Positions 1-11,727 of a stretch of 64,000 nt of DNA are shown here, piece by piece. Numbering within the stretch: the first letter of the stretch is position 1; each line of letters starts with the position of its first letter. Made by a program: the position numbers and the translations under genes. The stretch covers positions 124,001-188,000 of the forward strand of contig FLMG01000135.1 of the NCBI GenBank assembly GCA_900088475.1, read 5' to 3'. The notes beneath the pieces were generated by a model, which was given only the letters and a program-made list of their open reading frames with translations, ran no database searches and was not told where the DNA came from. Origin of the DNA: Hyphochytrium catenoides. Its lineage: Eukaryota > Protista > Hyphochytriomycota.

Positions 1-2863
1 GCAATAGAGCTCCGGCCGACAGCCATCTACTACTCCAACAGAGCGATGGCCCAGATGAAAAGCGAAAACTTCGGTCTAGCCATCCTCGACGCCACCAAGG
101 CTATTGAACTAGATCCAGAATACGTTAAAGGTGCTATGCGTCCCTTCTGCTTGGGGAGTCCATCTGTAGCGAGTTGGCTTTCAAACCTTTATAGGTGTCT
201 TTCCCCTAATAGCATTCTGTCCCTACATCTTGTCTTGGCTCCGTCAGGTCCTATTCGTCCTTATATCCCATGTCGTTCCGAGTTCCCGTGACTCCTCAGC
301 TATTCCTCTTGCCATTCGTGTAGGCTACTACCGACATATACCATGTCGTTTCCGGGATGGGGCTGACTCCTCAACGACTCCTGTTGCCGTCCCTGTGTAG
401 GCTACTATCGACGAGGTGCGGCAAATCTTGCGCTCGGGCACCACAAGGCTGCGTTGAAGGACTTCAAGCAAGTTGTACGGGTAAAACCAAACGATAGGGA
501 TGCGCGGAACAAGTTGAGAGAGTGCGAAAAAGCTGTCAAGAAGGCAGCTTTTGAGGCTGCAATCAGCTCTGAAAAGACCCGCCCAGTCTCAGAGACAGTC
601 AACGTAGATGCGATAGAGGTGGAGGACAGCTACGACGGGCCTCATCTGCCCGATGATCCAACGCAGGCAACCCATGAATTCTGTCTGGCTCTGGTCGACC
701 GCTTTAAAAGACAAAAGCTGTTGCACAGGAAGTAAGTATTGCCGATGATGAGCCAAAGTTTAGAAACAAGAATAGGGGACTTAGCACACGCAAGGAGGGG
801 CTTCAAGAGTAAGAGGAATGAGTCATCTCAACGTCGGTCTCAAGGGGAGATAGGGTGTCACTTTGTATCCCGCAAGACCGTGGCTTCAGGATAAACATAC
901 CAGCTACCGTGTGGACGATGGTCACTTTAAGGGTGGTGGTTGATTGCACTAATTCTCTGTTGATTATGTGCTAGGTATGTTATCAAGATCCTGCTGGCGA
1001 TGAAGCAATTGTTGAGTTCGGTACCCAGTCTCCTGGAACTAAAAGTGCCAAACACTAACCCCGCAGGCAAGGCTCCAGAGGTATGTGGCTTAGTAGTAGG
1101 TCGAGGGGAGCCGTCTGACTTGGGGTCAAGGCTGCTCAGCTTCCATTTCATTCATCGCTGCTTATATTGTCTGCCTTAATTGCCCTATGACAGGGGCACT
1201 TCACGGTGTGTGGAGATACTCATGGTCAATTCTATGACCTTTGCAACATATTCCACCTTAATGGCTACCCGTCTGATGATAACCCCTATCTCTTCAACGG
1301 TACGCAAGATCTCTATTTCTGGGAGCAACTTTAGACAACCAGTTCATCTTAAGGATGTTTTTTGCTTGCAGGGGACTTCGTTGACCGAGGCTCTTTTTCA
1401 GTGGAGGTTATTCTGACGCTGTTTGCCTTCAAGCTGGTCTACCCAGAGGTGAGAAGGGAGATCACGCAACAGAACTAGTGGGAGTTCCGCGAGGAATGCT
1501 AGAGGCGGAGGGCGAAGGCCGTCCGCTGATTATGAGGCGTTGATAGCTAACTGCTACTGCCTTCGCGTCCATAAGGGTCTCCATTTGCTGCGTGGAAACC
1601 ACGAGAGCAAGAACATGAACAAAATCTATGGCTTCGAGGGCGAGGTCAAACACAAGTACGATGAAGTGGTCATGCAGCTTTTCGCAGAGGTCTTTAACTG
1701 GCTACCTCTGGCGGCGACAATAAATAATAAGGTAAGCCACTGCATCGATCGCTATCTTGGAACCCAAAATTGGGAATCGCTGTCCTAGATGGGCGCCATA
1801 GCCACAGTTAAGAAAATTCCGCCGTCTCAGCCAGCGATCTAGGCTCAATATCTAATTCTCCGCACGTATATTAGTGACTGTATGCGCCAGGCCCTACGAA
1901 CCTTCTCACATCTGGTGTTCTTAGGTTTTGATAGTCCACGGAGGTCTCTTCCAGCAGGAGGGCGTCACACTCCAGGATATCAAGAACATTGACAGGAATA
2001 GAGAGCCACCTGACAGCGGTGTGTGTCCTAATCGTTCAAGCAGATGTGATCCTTGCTCATAACTACTTCGTTGATGATTTTATCCCGCTGTTAGGTCTGA
2101 TGAGCGACCTTATGTGGAGCGACCCGCAGCCTTTCCCTGGCCGCGGACCCTCCAAGCGTGGAATAGGTCTCTCCTTTGGTCCAGATGTGACCAAGCAATT
2201 CTTAGAGCACAATAAACTAGGTAAGGGTACGGGCCTTAATGCGTGACAAGTGCCAAGGCTAGCACTATAAACGAAGCGACAACGTCACCCGGAAAGGATG
2301 GCAGTGATCAAGCGAGAGTCTTATAACATCGACTAACACGGACGCCACCAGTGTCTAACGAATCTCACTCTTGCAGAGCTTCTAGTTCGGTCGCACGAAG
2401 TGAAAGAGGAGGGTTACCTGGTGGAGCATGATGGGAAATGTATTACAGTCTTTTCAGCACCAAATTATTGTGATCAGGTTGGTTATCCCACGAGTCTGCA
2501 CTTCTGTCAATCGCCGGTAGCTCCCCATGCGTACTTCCTGCGGGCGCCGCTATATGCGGTTTCCTTGTCTATCAACTTCTCGACCCAGTTCTCCTATCTG
2601 CCAATTGATGAAGGCCATCTGTTAGTTGCATTAACCCCAGTCCCACCCCATCCCCTTACGCATTTCAGATGGGCAACAAGGGCGCGTTCATCCGGTTTGG
2701 GCATGACCTGAAGCCACAGTTTACTCAGTTCACGGCCGTGGTAAGTGCTTACAGAAGCTCAGCCCTCTTACTCGTCCATAGACCCTGACTGTGATCTCTC
2801 TAGCCTCACCCGCCTATCAAGCCCATGGCCTATGCCAGCAACTTCTCGATGTTTGGTCTTTAG
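1..2863 (+). CDS. PPP5C: Serine/threonine protein phosphatase 5 (TPR + PPP catalytic domain), multi-exon, 5' end outside window
   Basis: Spliced exons give TPR segments ([26 protein letters not shown]) and the PPP motifs [35 protein letters not shown] and SAPNYCD. C-terminus is [15 protein letters not shown], stop TAG at 2861-2863. Confidence 0.96.
247..412 (+). repeat. Degenerate ~77-bp tandem duplication of the 3' end of PP5 intron 131-400, including the acceptor and first exon bases
   Basis: GTGTAGGCTACTACCGAC (318-335) recurs as GTGTAGGCTACTATCGAC (395-412). CCATGTCGTT and TGACTCCTCA each occur twice at a similar period. Confidence 0.8.
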
Positions 2864-3681
2864 TGAGGGATGATGCGCCATGCAGCTAGTTTGCCATTGA
2901 CAGTGATAGGTATAGCACTACTACGTCTGCAAGTTGCGATCCAGCGGTTGGCCTTTCAGAGGGAGGAAATGCCGTTGGCTGAGCTACAGAGCTTGGGAGG
3001 GAAAGGAAGGCCTGGGGCCTCCTTCGTCAGGGAAGACCGCAGCGCAATAGTCGATTTCTGTCCATGGTTGGCACCAATAATAATAACGAATCCCAAGCCT
3101 TCATTCCCTTGGCAGATCGTGACTCTTCATGAACAAGAGAACTGCAAAGAGAACTGCACTAGAGAGTCGTTAGCGGTGCTTTCCTGGTGCCAAGTACAAA
3201 ATATGAATAACGAGGAAGAGAGTAGTTTCTAGGATGTCTCTTGGTTAAAATGCCTTCACGCTGCAGAAAGTGGTGTCGAGCTGCGGCGTCAGTCGCGTGT
3301 TGGAAGTGGGACATTGTTGGTGATGCGCGCCTTGCCGCACGGGTTTACAGGGTAGAAGAGGGATCTTTTATTAGTAAGCAGATTCCCTGATAGATAATAG
3401 AGGTCTGATCCGGTGCCTCTGCATGAATTGCTAGGTGAAAGAAAGAACGTAAGGATGGTCTTCTGTCTTAAGCCGCGCAGCTAGAGCCCCTAAGCCTCGC
3501 TTCCGCCTGCCGACGCGGCAGAGCACTGCCTTAAGTCATGTTCAAGACTTCGGGATGTGGGACCGCGTAGTCTCAACGTTTCTTGTGCCACAACCTATGA
3601 GGGCAGCAGCTCTTTCATGGCCCGCCCAGATGGACTGAATAGATCGCAACGTTTGGGTCTCATCGGAACAAAGTCAGAACC

Positions 3682-6600
3682 ATGGAGCATAATCATCAGA
3701 CTGGATCTACCCTAGTGGGCCAAGAGCTCAACGCCGAACGCATTTTGAGACTCAGGAAGGTAACTTGCCGCTCTATGTCGTGCGTGCTTTCCACAGACTT
3801 TGACAAACTCCGAACAGGTGATAGATGAGCACTTGCGCTCTCAGGGAGTTTATACGAAGATTAGAAGTGCGGTGGCCGACTTCACCTCAAAGGATCTTGA
3901 GGTAGCAGCCCTTTCTCCCTTTCCTTGCTTTTCCAGTTTTGTCCTTTCTTGTCTTAGATCGAACGTCGTCGCAGGGAAAAGAAGACGTACCCGCAGAAGG
4001 AGGAAGGAAAGGATGGGCTCTCTCAGAGGAGGAGCATGAACAGCTGATGAACCAGATTGTGCAGAAAGTTAATGACGAGGGAATTCTTGAGGATATAAGA
4101 AACTCTATCGCTGCATCTGGGGCTGACTGGCTGGCAGCGAAGCCTTTGCAGAACGAGTCAGCTGCACCCACAGCTCTCAGCACATCTAGAAGGCTCTATC
4201 TTCAGGTCTCTCTGAGAGGAGGAAAGGCATTCTTTCCTGCTAACTCCTCCGGTAAGTTCGTTGACCGGTGCCCAGAAAGAGTGACGGTGTAATATCAGCA
4301 CAAGGGGCATGCATCAAAAGGAAGGAGCTAGTAGGGCTCTGAGAAGCGCGAGCAAGCTAGAGAAGGATCTGGTGTGTTTCGAAGCATATGATATGACCAT
4401 AATAAAGCCTTGGTGCAGCTTTGCAAGCGGAGACAGACCAGCAAGAGGAGGGCCCTCTCAGGTTCGAGTTGCATATCTGGGCGCTTAACCAACGCTTCGT
4501 GAGCCAAAGAGTTCGTTGTACCGAGGAACCCGCTTTTAGAGACATATTCATAGTCCCGCTGGAAAAGCGAGGCTTTTCAGGTAAGCGTTTAAGAGAAGTG
4601 TTGCCGGGCGAGGCTAAACCCCTTCTGTCTGTGCGTCAATTCCTTCTATGGCTCCCGTGTTTGCCTTTAGATGGCGTCCCAGACCCCGGAAAGCTTCCAG
4701 AGATCAAAGATTTAGCAAAAGTGAGAGCCCCCTTACATTTTGTGCTGCTCAAGATCAATGAGGAGACGGTAAGAACGACGTTCTACTGCAAGAAGAGAAG
4801 AATGCACTGGGCAAAAACGGGGGCCTGTAGTTATGCTGTGTGAGACCGAAAGAGCAGGAGGAGTCTAAGAACGAAAGCGCTCACATGAGGGATAGAGAGA
4901 TCTATTCGTCTATGGGGACTAATCTTGCTCTAGGGTGAAAGAGAGCTCGTAGGAACCTCGTCACTCGAGTGGAGACGCTGCCTGGTCAAATCAAGTGTAA
5001 CAACTACCCTAGAAATAACGGCTCCAGGGCAAACCGGAAAGGTGAGTATACGGCGGACTATTGGTTAGATGCAACTGAAAGAAGAGGGGCATTTTCTTTA
5101 CAGCGTCATTGGTCATTAGATTCGATGTCTCCGTTATTCCAGTGCCTTCTACACGCTTTACTCTGAACTCTGTTTCTCTACACCGTAGAACGGCCTTTGC
5201 GCGGGACTTCTTACAGTCCGTGTTGAGCTGCTGCCATCCCTGATACCCGATCAAGGGATTGTGGCTTCAGACCTCACAAAAGTGATTGAGGACGAGCAGT
5301 TCCTGGAGTCTCAGGCACAGAAAAACTTCTATCAATATGCTAAGAAATGGTGGCAGCAGTTCGCAGAGATCAGGTAATGCGAAGATCTTGAGACGACGAT
5401 GACACGACATCAACGGGAAGGCTGGATTTCTTCCTCATCATGCGTCCCCCATGAATGACTAAGAGGTGTTGGTTAGTGAGACCCACAAGAACCGCTTGGT
5501 TAAACTTTTTGCTGAAGATGAGAGAGGAAGATACCAGAATGTCTGCTCGTTTTTGTCAGGTCAGGACATATCCGTTCAACAATCATCTTACTGTTCGCGG
5601 GTTTGGTGTTACGGGTTCAATTCTCTTCGCTCTGGTCCTCGTTCCCGTTGGCACTCAAAACAATCTTCCAACATATCGTCCCAGTGCTCAGGCCGAGGCC
5701 GCCGCTATTTGACACTCCCAGACACGCCGCACGTTTTGTCAGTCTCATTCCCTTCGTCAGAGTGGAGGCAGTGGGCGGCGGGCGAGAGGAGATTTGGTAT
5801 AGGTTTCACACCTTTCTCTCACTGAGGCAAGGCGACTGCGAGGGCCATGCGGTACGTTTGTTACTCTCTCCCAATCGGCAGAGACGAATTTCCTGCTCTG
5901 ACTCTTTACCCAGTAGCTCTTGCTATGCTCTCTCTTCCTCGGATTCGGCTTAGACGCCTATATCTGTGTGGGGACCTTGGAAGCTAGTCATGGCGAATCA
6001 CCTACCGAAGTTGATCACGTCTGGGTAATGACTAGAAGTGCTGATAGGTAAGGTCCACAGATAGGGTTCCTTTTTGGACGACTTTCTTCACCTAAGGACA
6101 TCGTACGGCGTAATGCCTCTGCAAGTTTGCAGTTAGTTCTTTGTAGGGCGCCTTTAACACTGACCATGACGACAGGGCTTCCGTCAGCTTCTGGGAAAGT
6201 TTGACTGGGCAACGGTATGCACAGGAGGAGACGAAGGTTCGGAGGAATGCGAAAGATAGCAAAGAAAGTCGTCCAGGACATACCTATAGGAGGGTCGGCT
6301 GTGTCTTCAATCATCATTCTTTCTACGCTAACAAACAGAATGACGACAGGTGAAAACTGCGATCAGCTCTTCCCACCTTATATATTTCCATCCTTTGGTT
6401 CACCCTCGCCACTACCGACTTCTCTAATGATGCAACTCCTTGGGCCAATTGCTCTCATCTGCCCTGACTCTAATTTTGTATAACATCAGGGCGGCCACCT
6501 CAAGCTTTAACCTAGAAGATGAGAGCTGCTGGAAAGCGATGAGCTCTACCGTTATAAGGAACGTTCCCCACCAGCCCTCGATACCCTTCATTGCTCCTAG

Positions 6601-7436
6601 GCCAGCAGCGTACGAAGAAGTTCAGGTGGGAGCTCTTCTTATAGTTCCATTCACCACGTACATCGTTATAGCTATTTAACCCTTGCCTCCTTGATATTCT
6701 ATATATCTTGCAGTTTACTTTCATCACTATCATAACCCTCCTCTTTCCTCAAGACCTGGACTAAAACCTATTCAAGTTCTCTTGAATCTATGATTCCGAC
6801 GCCGATTTATTTCTGATTGACCTATGATTTGCCAACTTCTTAGGCGCTGGAGGCCACTATTAAGCACGAAATAGCGGCTTTCAGACGATCGATTGTACAT
6901 TGCTCAACGGTGTGGGATGATGGTTTGAGCTACATTTTGGCACCAGCTCTGCAGGCGTATGAGTTAGAGAGGACAGCAGGGATTGTGGTGCCCAACGGAG
7001 ACTTCCAGGTTGGGTCTCTAGACCTCATGGCGGTATCTGTCGCTTCACTTCGTCCTGCTACATCAGTCCCTCTTTCTAAAATAAGCCAAAGACTCTAGAG
7101 TCCTTTAGTTCTACTTCTGCTTGTCTCGGCATTGCTCAGAGGACATTTCAGCATTGGGCTGACTTCTCTCCACCTCTCTGACAGGATGCCATTAAGCTTG
7201 CCATCCCTTCAGGGTACTCCTTCAAAGGCTTTCCTACCATGTTCTCCCATACAACTGTGGGGAGGATACTCACTGCTCTGCAGCAGAATCACATTGCGAC
7301 CAACGTTCTCGCAACCACCGGGGACAAGGTCTCCTTTGGCTTAGCACTGAGGCTGGTCCCCTACCCAGAGGAGCTGAGAGTGCTTTGGCTAATGTTAGGG
7401 GTCAAATATCTAAATCCTGCTAGCAAAGATGTTTAG
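3682..7436 (+). CDS. CEP76: Centrosomal protein 76 (CEP76), multi-exon
   Basis: Family-typical segments: RLVKLFAEDERG, FDTPRHAARFVSLIPF, GDCEGHA-LLLCSLFLGFGLDAY, HVWVMT, FWESLTGQRY, RVGCVFNHHSFYAN, WDDGLSYILAPALQAYELER, LALRLVPYPE..WLML. All junctions close as GT-AG. Confidence 0.93.
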
Positions 7437-9182
7437 AGCAGATAGTACTAAGGAATATGAGGAGGTCTTTTGAGAAGTCCAGGTACGATGGATTGCGTCC
7501 ACTGCTGCGATGGACCTCTCAAATGCAGGATGTATGTCTGATGCTAAATACCATTTGTACTTATTCCGTCAGAAGGTGGTTAACGCAGACCCGTGAGGAC
7601 GGATAAGGTTCTGATACAGCTATATGATCAAGACTTCATCCTTCAGGGGAGTAATGGTGCATTGGTGGTACCTAGGTGTAGGGGTCGGGATTGAGGGCGA
7701 TCAATTCAGGGGTCCAGATATTCTAGGATACCAAAGGCTCCAGTTATGGATTTATCAAGACAACATGAGGGGGCTAAGAGTGACTTGACATTATGGAGCA
7801 GGCATCCAAAGGCTGGATCTCCTCTCCTGCTCAAAAGCCAACCTTCCGATAGTTCTAGATCACCCTCAACACCTCTCACTAGCTTTGATTTACCTCCAAG
7901 CTCTGGAGACGTAAACCTAACTTTCGGCTCCATAAGCTTAATGGATGGACATACTGTTATGCGGTTAATTCACTAATATACAGGTACCTACTAATGTGCA
8001 TCCGCACTTACTGAGAGTAGCGATGCAGTTGCTTGAAGCTCTCAGACTACGTAGTGAGGTTAAGTCGAAGACGGCGGCTTCGTCAGCGAAGAATTAAGGA
8101 TTTGAAGCCCTAGAAATCAGTTTTGTCGGACAGCGAGAAATAGGTCGTTAGGCTCAGACTTGCAAAAGCTTAGCTCTTAGCAATCGAAGTCCCAGTGAAC
8201 TGGCAGTGGCTGTTGTTGGAGAACAAAGCTTGGCTCAGGAATTCCGGATATTTGGGTTTTGTTCGCCTTTCGCCCACGTTTCCTCTTCTTTCGCAAAGAC
8301 TGAGAATCTGAGGGTCCCTACCATGCCCCACACCACAAAACCTCCGCGCTGCTACCAAGCAACAACTCCACCTGCTTGCTAGAGGAAAAGATCCCTCGAA
8401 ACGGTGCCCAGGAGGAGTCCATAAGTTAGATCTCCAGGTCTCTCCAGATCAGCACTATAAAGGCCTTTGTAGAAAAATCACTGTAGAAGAGAACGGAGAG
8501 ACAAGCTCCACCTCGGTCGTGTAAGCTCGAGCAACGGTCAAGGCACCAGTCAACCTCGACCTCCTGTGGCTTTCCACACCAGTACTACCTCGCCGTAACC
8601 TGAAGGACCACCTACAGATCTGACCTGACCACTGACGCACTCACAGTGGGTTGACACCATCTCCGACCGCTAACGGCTTGAAACGAGAGCATTGCTTGCA
8701 AAGCAAGCCAAATGTGAGATCTGAAAGGAGGAGGTGGTTACCGCAGGAGCGGCTAACGCCTTGCTTTAAAAGCTGTGATCACCGCTCACTCTGCTTTCTG
8801 CTCTTACAGGCCAGGCCTGCTTCTCGCTCCTGTTGCTCCCCGCTCTCTCTTTCATTGGTACTCCCTCTCTCTCTCTGCTACGCTCTCCTTCAAGCCTTCC
8901 GTCACTAGGAGCTAGTGCCTGAAAGTGAGAGTGTGGAAGAAGTAGCTTTCTATTGCTAAAAGAGAGAGAAAAAGAGAGACAGAGAACGACGGATAAGCCG
9001 GTGGGAGACTGAGACAGATACGAATCCTGACGATAGGGAAGATCACAAGCCAGTTAAGTTTGAAAGCTTGAGGTAGGAAGAGATAGGTGAACAATGGGCC
9101 TGCTGGAAACCAGTGCCGATGTGCTAGGAGGCTTCCTCTATTCTTCGTGACTACAGCAGCAGGAAACACCGAGATCAAAAAG

Positions 9183-11407
9183 ATGTTAGAGGAACCCCTG
9201 GGGCAAGGCGGGCAACAGGCCAAAGCGACTGCAGGACATTCCTCCCAATTTTGTTGTCTGCCGTGTTGCCTCGCCTTCAGCTGTGAACGAGACCTACAGA
9301 GACACCTTAGCACCGCCAAGCACCTACTCACTTGCCGACGACAAGAGAATGGCGGTAGGAAGAATGGAGTGTGGCACCTTCACATGCATACTTCTGCAAT
9401 CCAGTTAGGCCACCCATCAGAGCTTTGCCTGTCTTTCTTCATCAGGATTCTGTCCTTCCTTTTCACTACTGCTCCACGACTACTGCTGCTCCCCTGAGTC
9501 TTTTGTATATCTCTTACCTCTCCCTTTGATCAGAGCCTGCTCAGGCGGCAACGGTGTCCGTATCCGACTTCAAGCCAGTTAAGTATGTCTACGACCTGTC
9601 CTCTAGTGAGGCTTTCCGGAAGGACCTGACAACCAGAATGCAAGCTTTCGCAGAGGAGAAGGGTCAGAACACCGCTATTGGTCAAAAGGAGGAGGAACGG
9701 CGAGGAGAAGTTTTGGGAGAGGTGGCTTCACTTGCTCCTTGTCTAAAAGCGGCCACGCCAGAAGAGTCCAGACAAGGCCCCGAGCAGAGCAAAGAGGCTC
9801 TGATTGGCCAGGCAGACGACGGTCAAAAAGGGAAGATGGGAGGCAAATCGAGGCAGAGCATGGCACACAGAGTCCTTCAACTCCTTAAGGTGGAGGCTGG
9901 CCGCTCTTTCTTTCCGTCTCATTCGTCACTTGACAGCTGTCCTATGGCCGTCGCGTGCACTTCTAGAATGCAGGCGGACGGAAGAGACTAGAACAGCCTC
10001 TTTCGCAAACTCAAACCCAAGGTAAATCCAAGAATCATCAAAAAAAGATGGGCACATCTGAAGAGGAGGTGAAGGAAAAAGTAACCATAGCAGCCAGTCG
10101 AACCCTCTACCCAAAGAGCTTGGTCGACATATTGAATCGGAGAAAGGCAGAGGAAGAAAAGGTCTGTCTTGTCTTGCTCTTTACCTTCGTCTCTGCTTCT
10201 CCGCTTTACCTCTTCGTCTCTCTTCATGCCTTTCCCGTTCTACAATCCGAAACACTCAGTTTGACGAGTAGCCACATTCTCTTCGAGTAGACAGATACAT
10301 TTGACATCAGGCTCTTCAACGCGGCTTTCACGTGGCTTCTAATATCCTGTACCATGCGGGCCTCCCTGCGCAGGAAGCTCAGGAGCGACAGCGGATAGCT
10401 AAAGATCGGAAGGCCAAGGAGGACGCAGCGGCACGTCGGCTGCAAAACTTTGGGCGACGGGCAGTACTTAGGCGCCGTTTCTGGGACTCCGTAGAGGTAA
10501 GGAGAAGCGACGTTCCGGAGACTAGGAGTCCCCTAATTATGTTTAGTGCCGCTTCTTCTCTTCTAGCATTCTCCTCGCGTCCCACTTCCCATCTCTACCA
10601 CAAAGGGCTATAACGGTACCCACGATATCTTACACATTCTTCATTATATAGGAACGTCGGAGATTTGCCAAACGGCAAGCCAGACAAAAGGAGGAGGAGG
10701 AGAGAAAGAAGCAGCGGCGAGAAGAGGCCGCAAAAGCAGCTGAGAGACAAAATATCAGGACTCAGGGAGAGAAAGCGGCGGCAAAGGTGACGAAATCTGT
10801 CCCTAAGTGGACACAAGGAGAGGTAACTGCTTCATCTCTACTGTTTTACCGACAAAGCACCTTCTCCCGTTGATGATCTCCCTATATTCCCCGTGAGGAA
10901 GTCGCCATTATCCTTTTTTAAGTCTAAGCCCAACAGCGCTTTGATGCGCCTCACTCTCAGAGGTCTGACTTTCTGTCAACCGTCTCTTTCCGAATGCTAC
11001 AGTTCCTTCGGATCCTGGAGACTTATGAGACTTACGGTAGGCCCCATCCCAATATTTCACACTTCTGCAGACTTGGATGCATCCTTAATTCTCTATGCAT
11101 CTGTTTCTCACACCAGACTGCTCAACATCTGCCTTTTTATGTCTGTCTAGGCATGCCTACAGATCTTTCTATCTGGGAACAATTCTATAGACTCTTTCCA
11201 TATCGTCAACGGTGTCGCATACGAAGGAAAGTGACGGAACTAATTGCTGGGTGGGAGAACAAGAAAGCGCTCGGTTTCTCTCTAGAAGAGACGAAGGAAG
11301 CGATGAAGAGCCAAACTAATGCAGCATTAGAAGAGGAGGAGGATGGTGAGGATGATGATGAGATAAGCTCATCAAGCAGCGACTCAGATATCCTGGCTCT
11401 ATCGTAA
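9183..11407 (+). CDS. Uncharacterised protein: N-terminal C2H2 (U1/jaz-like) zinc finger, IQ-like motif, charged coiled coil, acidic tail; about 7 exons
   Basis: CLPCCLAFSCERDLQRHLSTAKH (C-x2-C-x12-H-x5-H), AARRLQNFGRRAVLRRRF and an E/K/R-rich exon. GT-AG junctions keep the frame open to TAA at 11405-11407. Confidence 0.65.
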
Positions 11408-11727
11408 CATAAACACTATAGTTAGTTGTCACAATACGGCCAGGACCGCCGTCAGCACCAATCAAGGCGAAAGGCCTAACGAAGTAGTATTGTGCCAATA
11501 AATAGTGGGCGCTACGTCTCTCAGACGCCGCTGCAGAAGCTATATAAGGCGTGATCTAACTTTGCTCACGCATCTTCCCCCTGTGCCCTCTATAGTTAGT
11601 GGGATACCAACAGCCTGTTCGATCCTAGGCCGATTATGGAAGTATTGTTTCGCTTGATATATGTGTGAGTCTTTGCGCAGACCAAGCGGCAGGAAGACGG
11701 GCGTGTCGAAGAGAATGGAGCTTTCAA

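Noticed and set aside
7440-8900. Intergenic stretch with faint minus-strand resemblance to copia gag/protease (e.g. KLVRGVEGDLEL..LHNV)
   Set aside because: No intact diagnostic motif (DSG, CCHC), so it cannot be supported without a database search.
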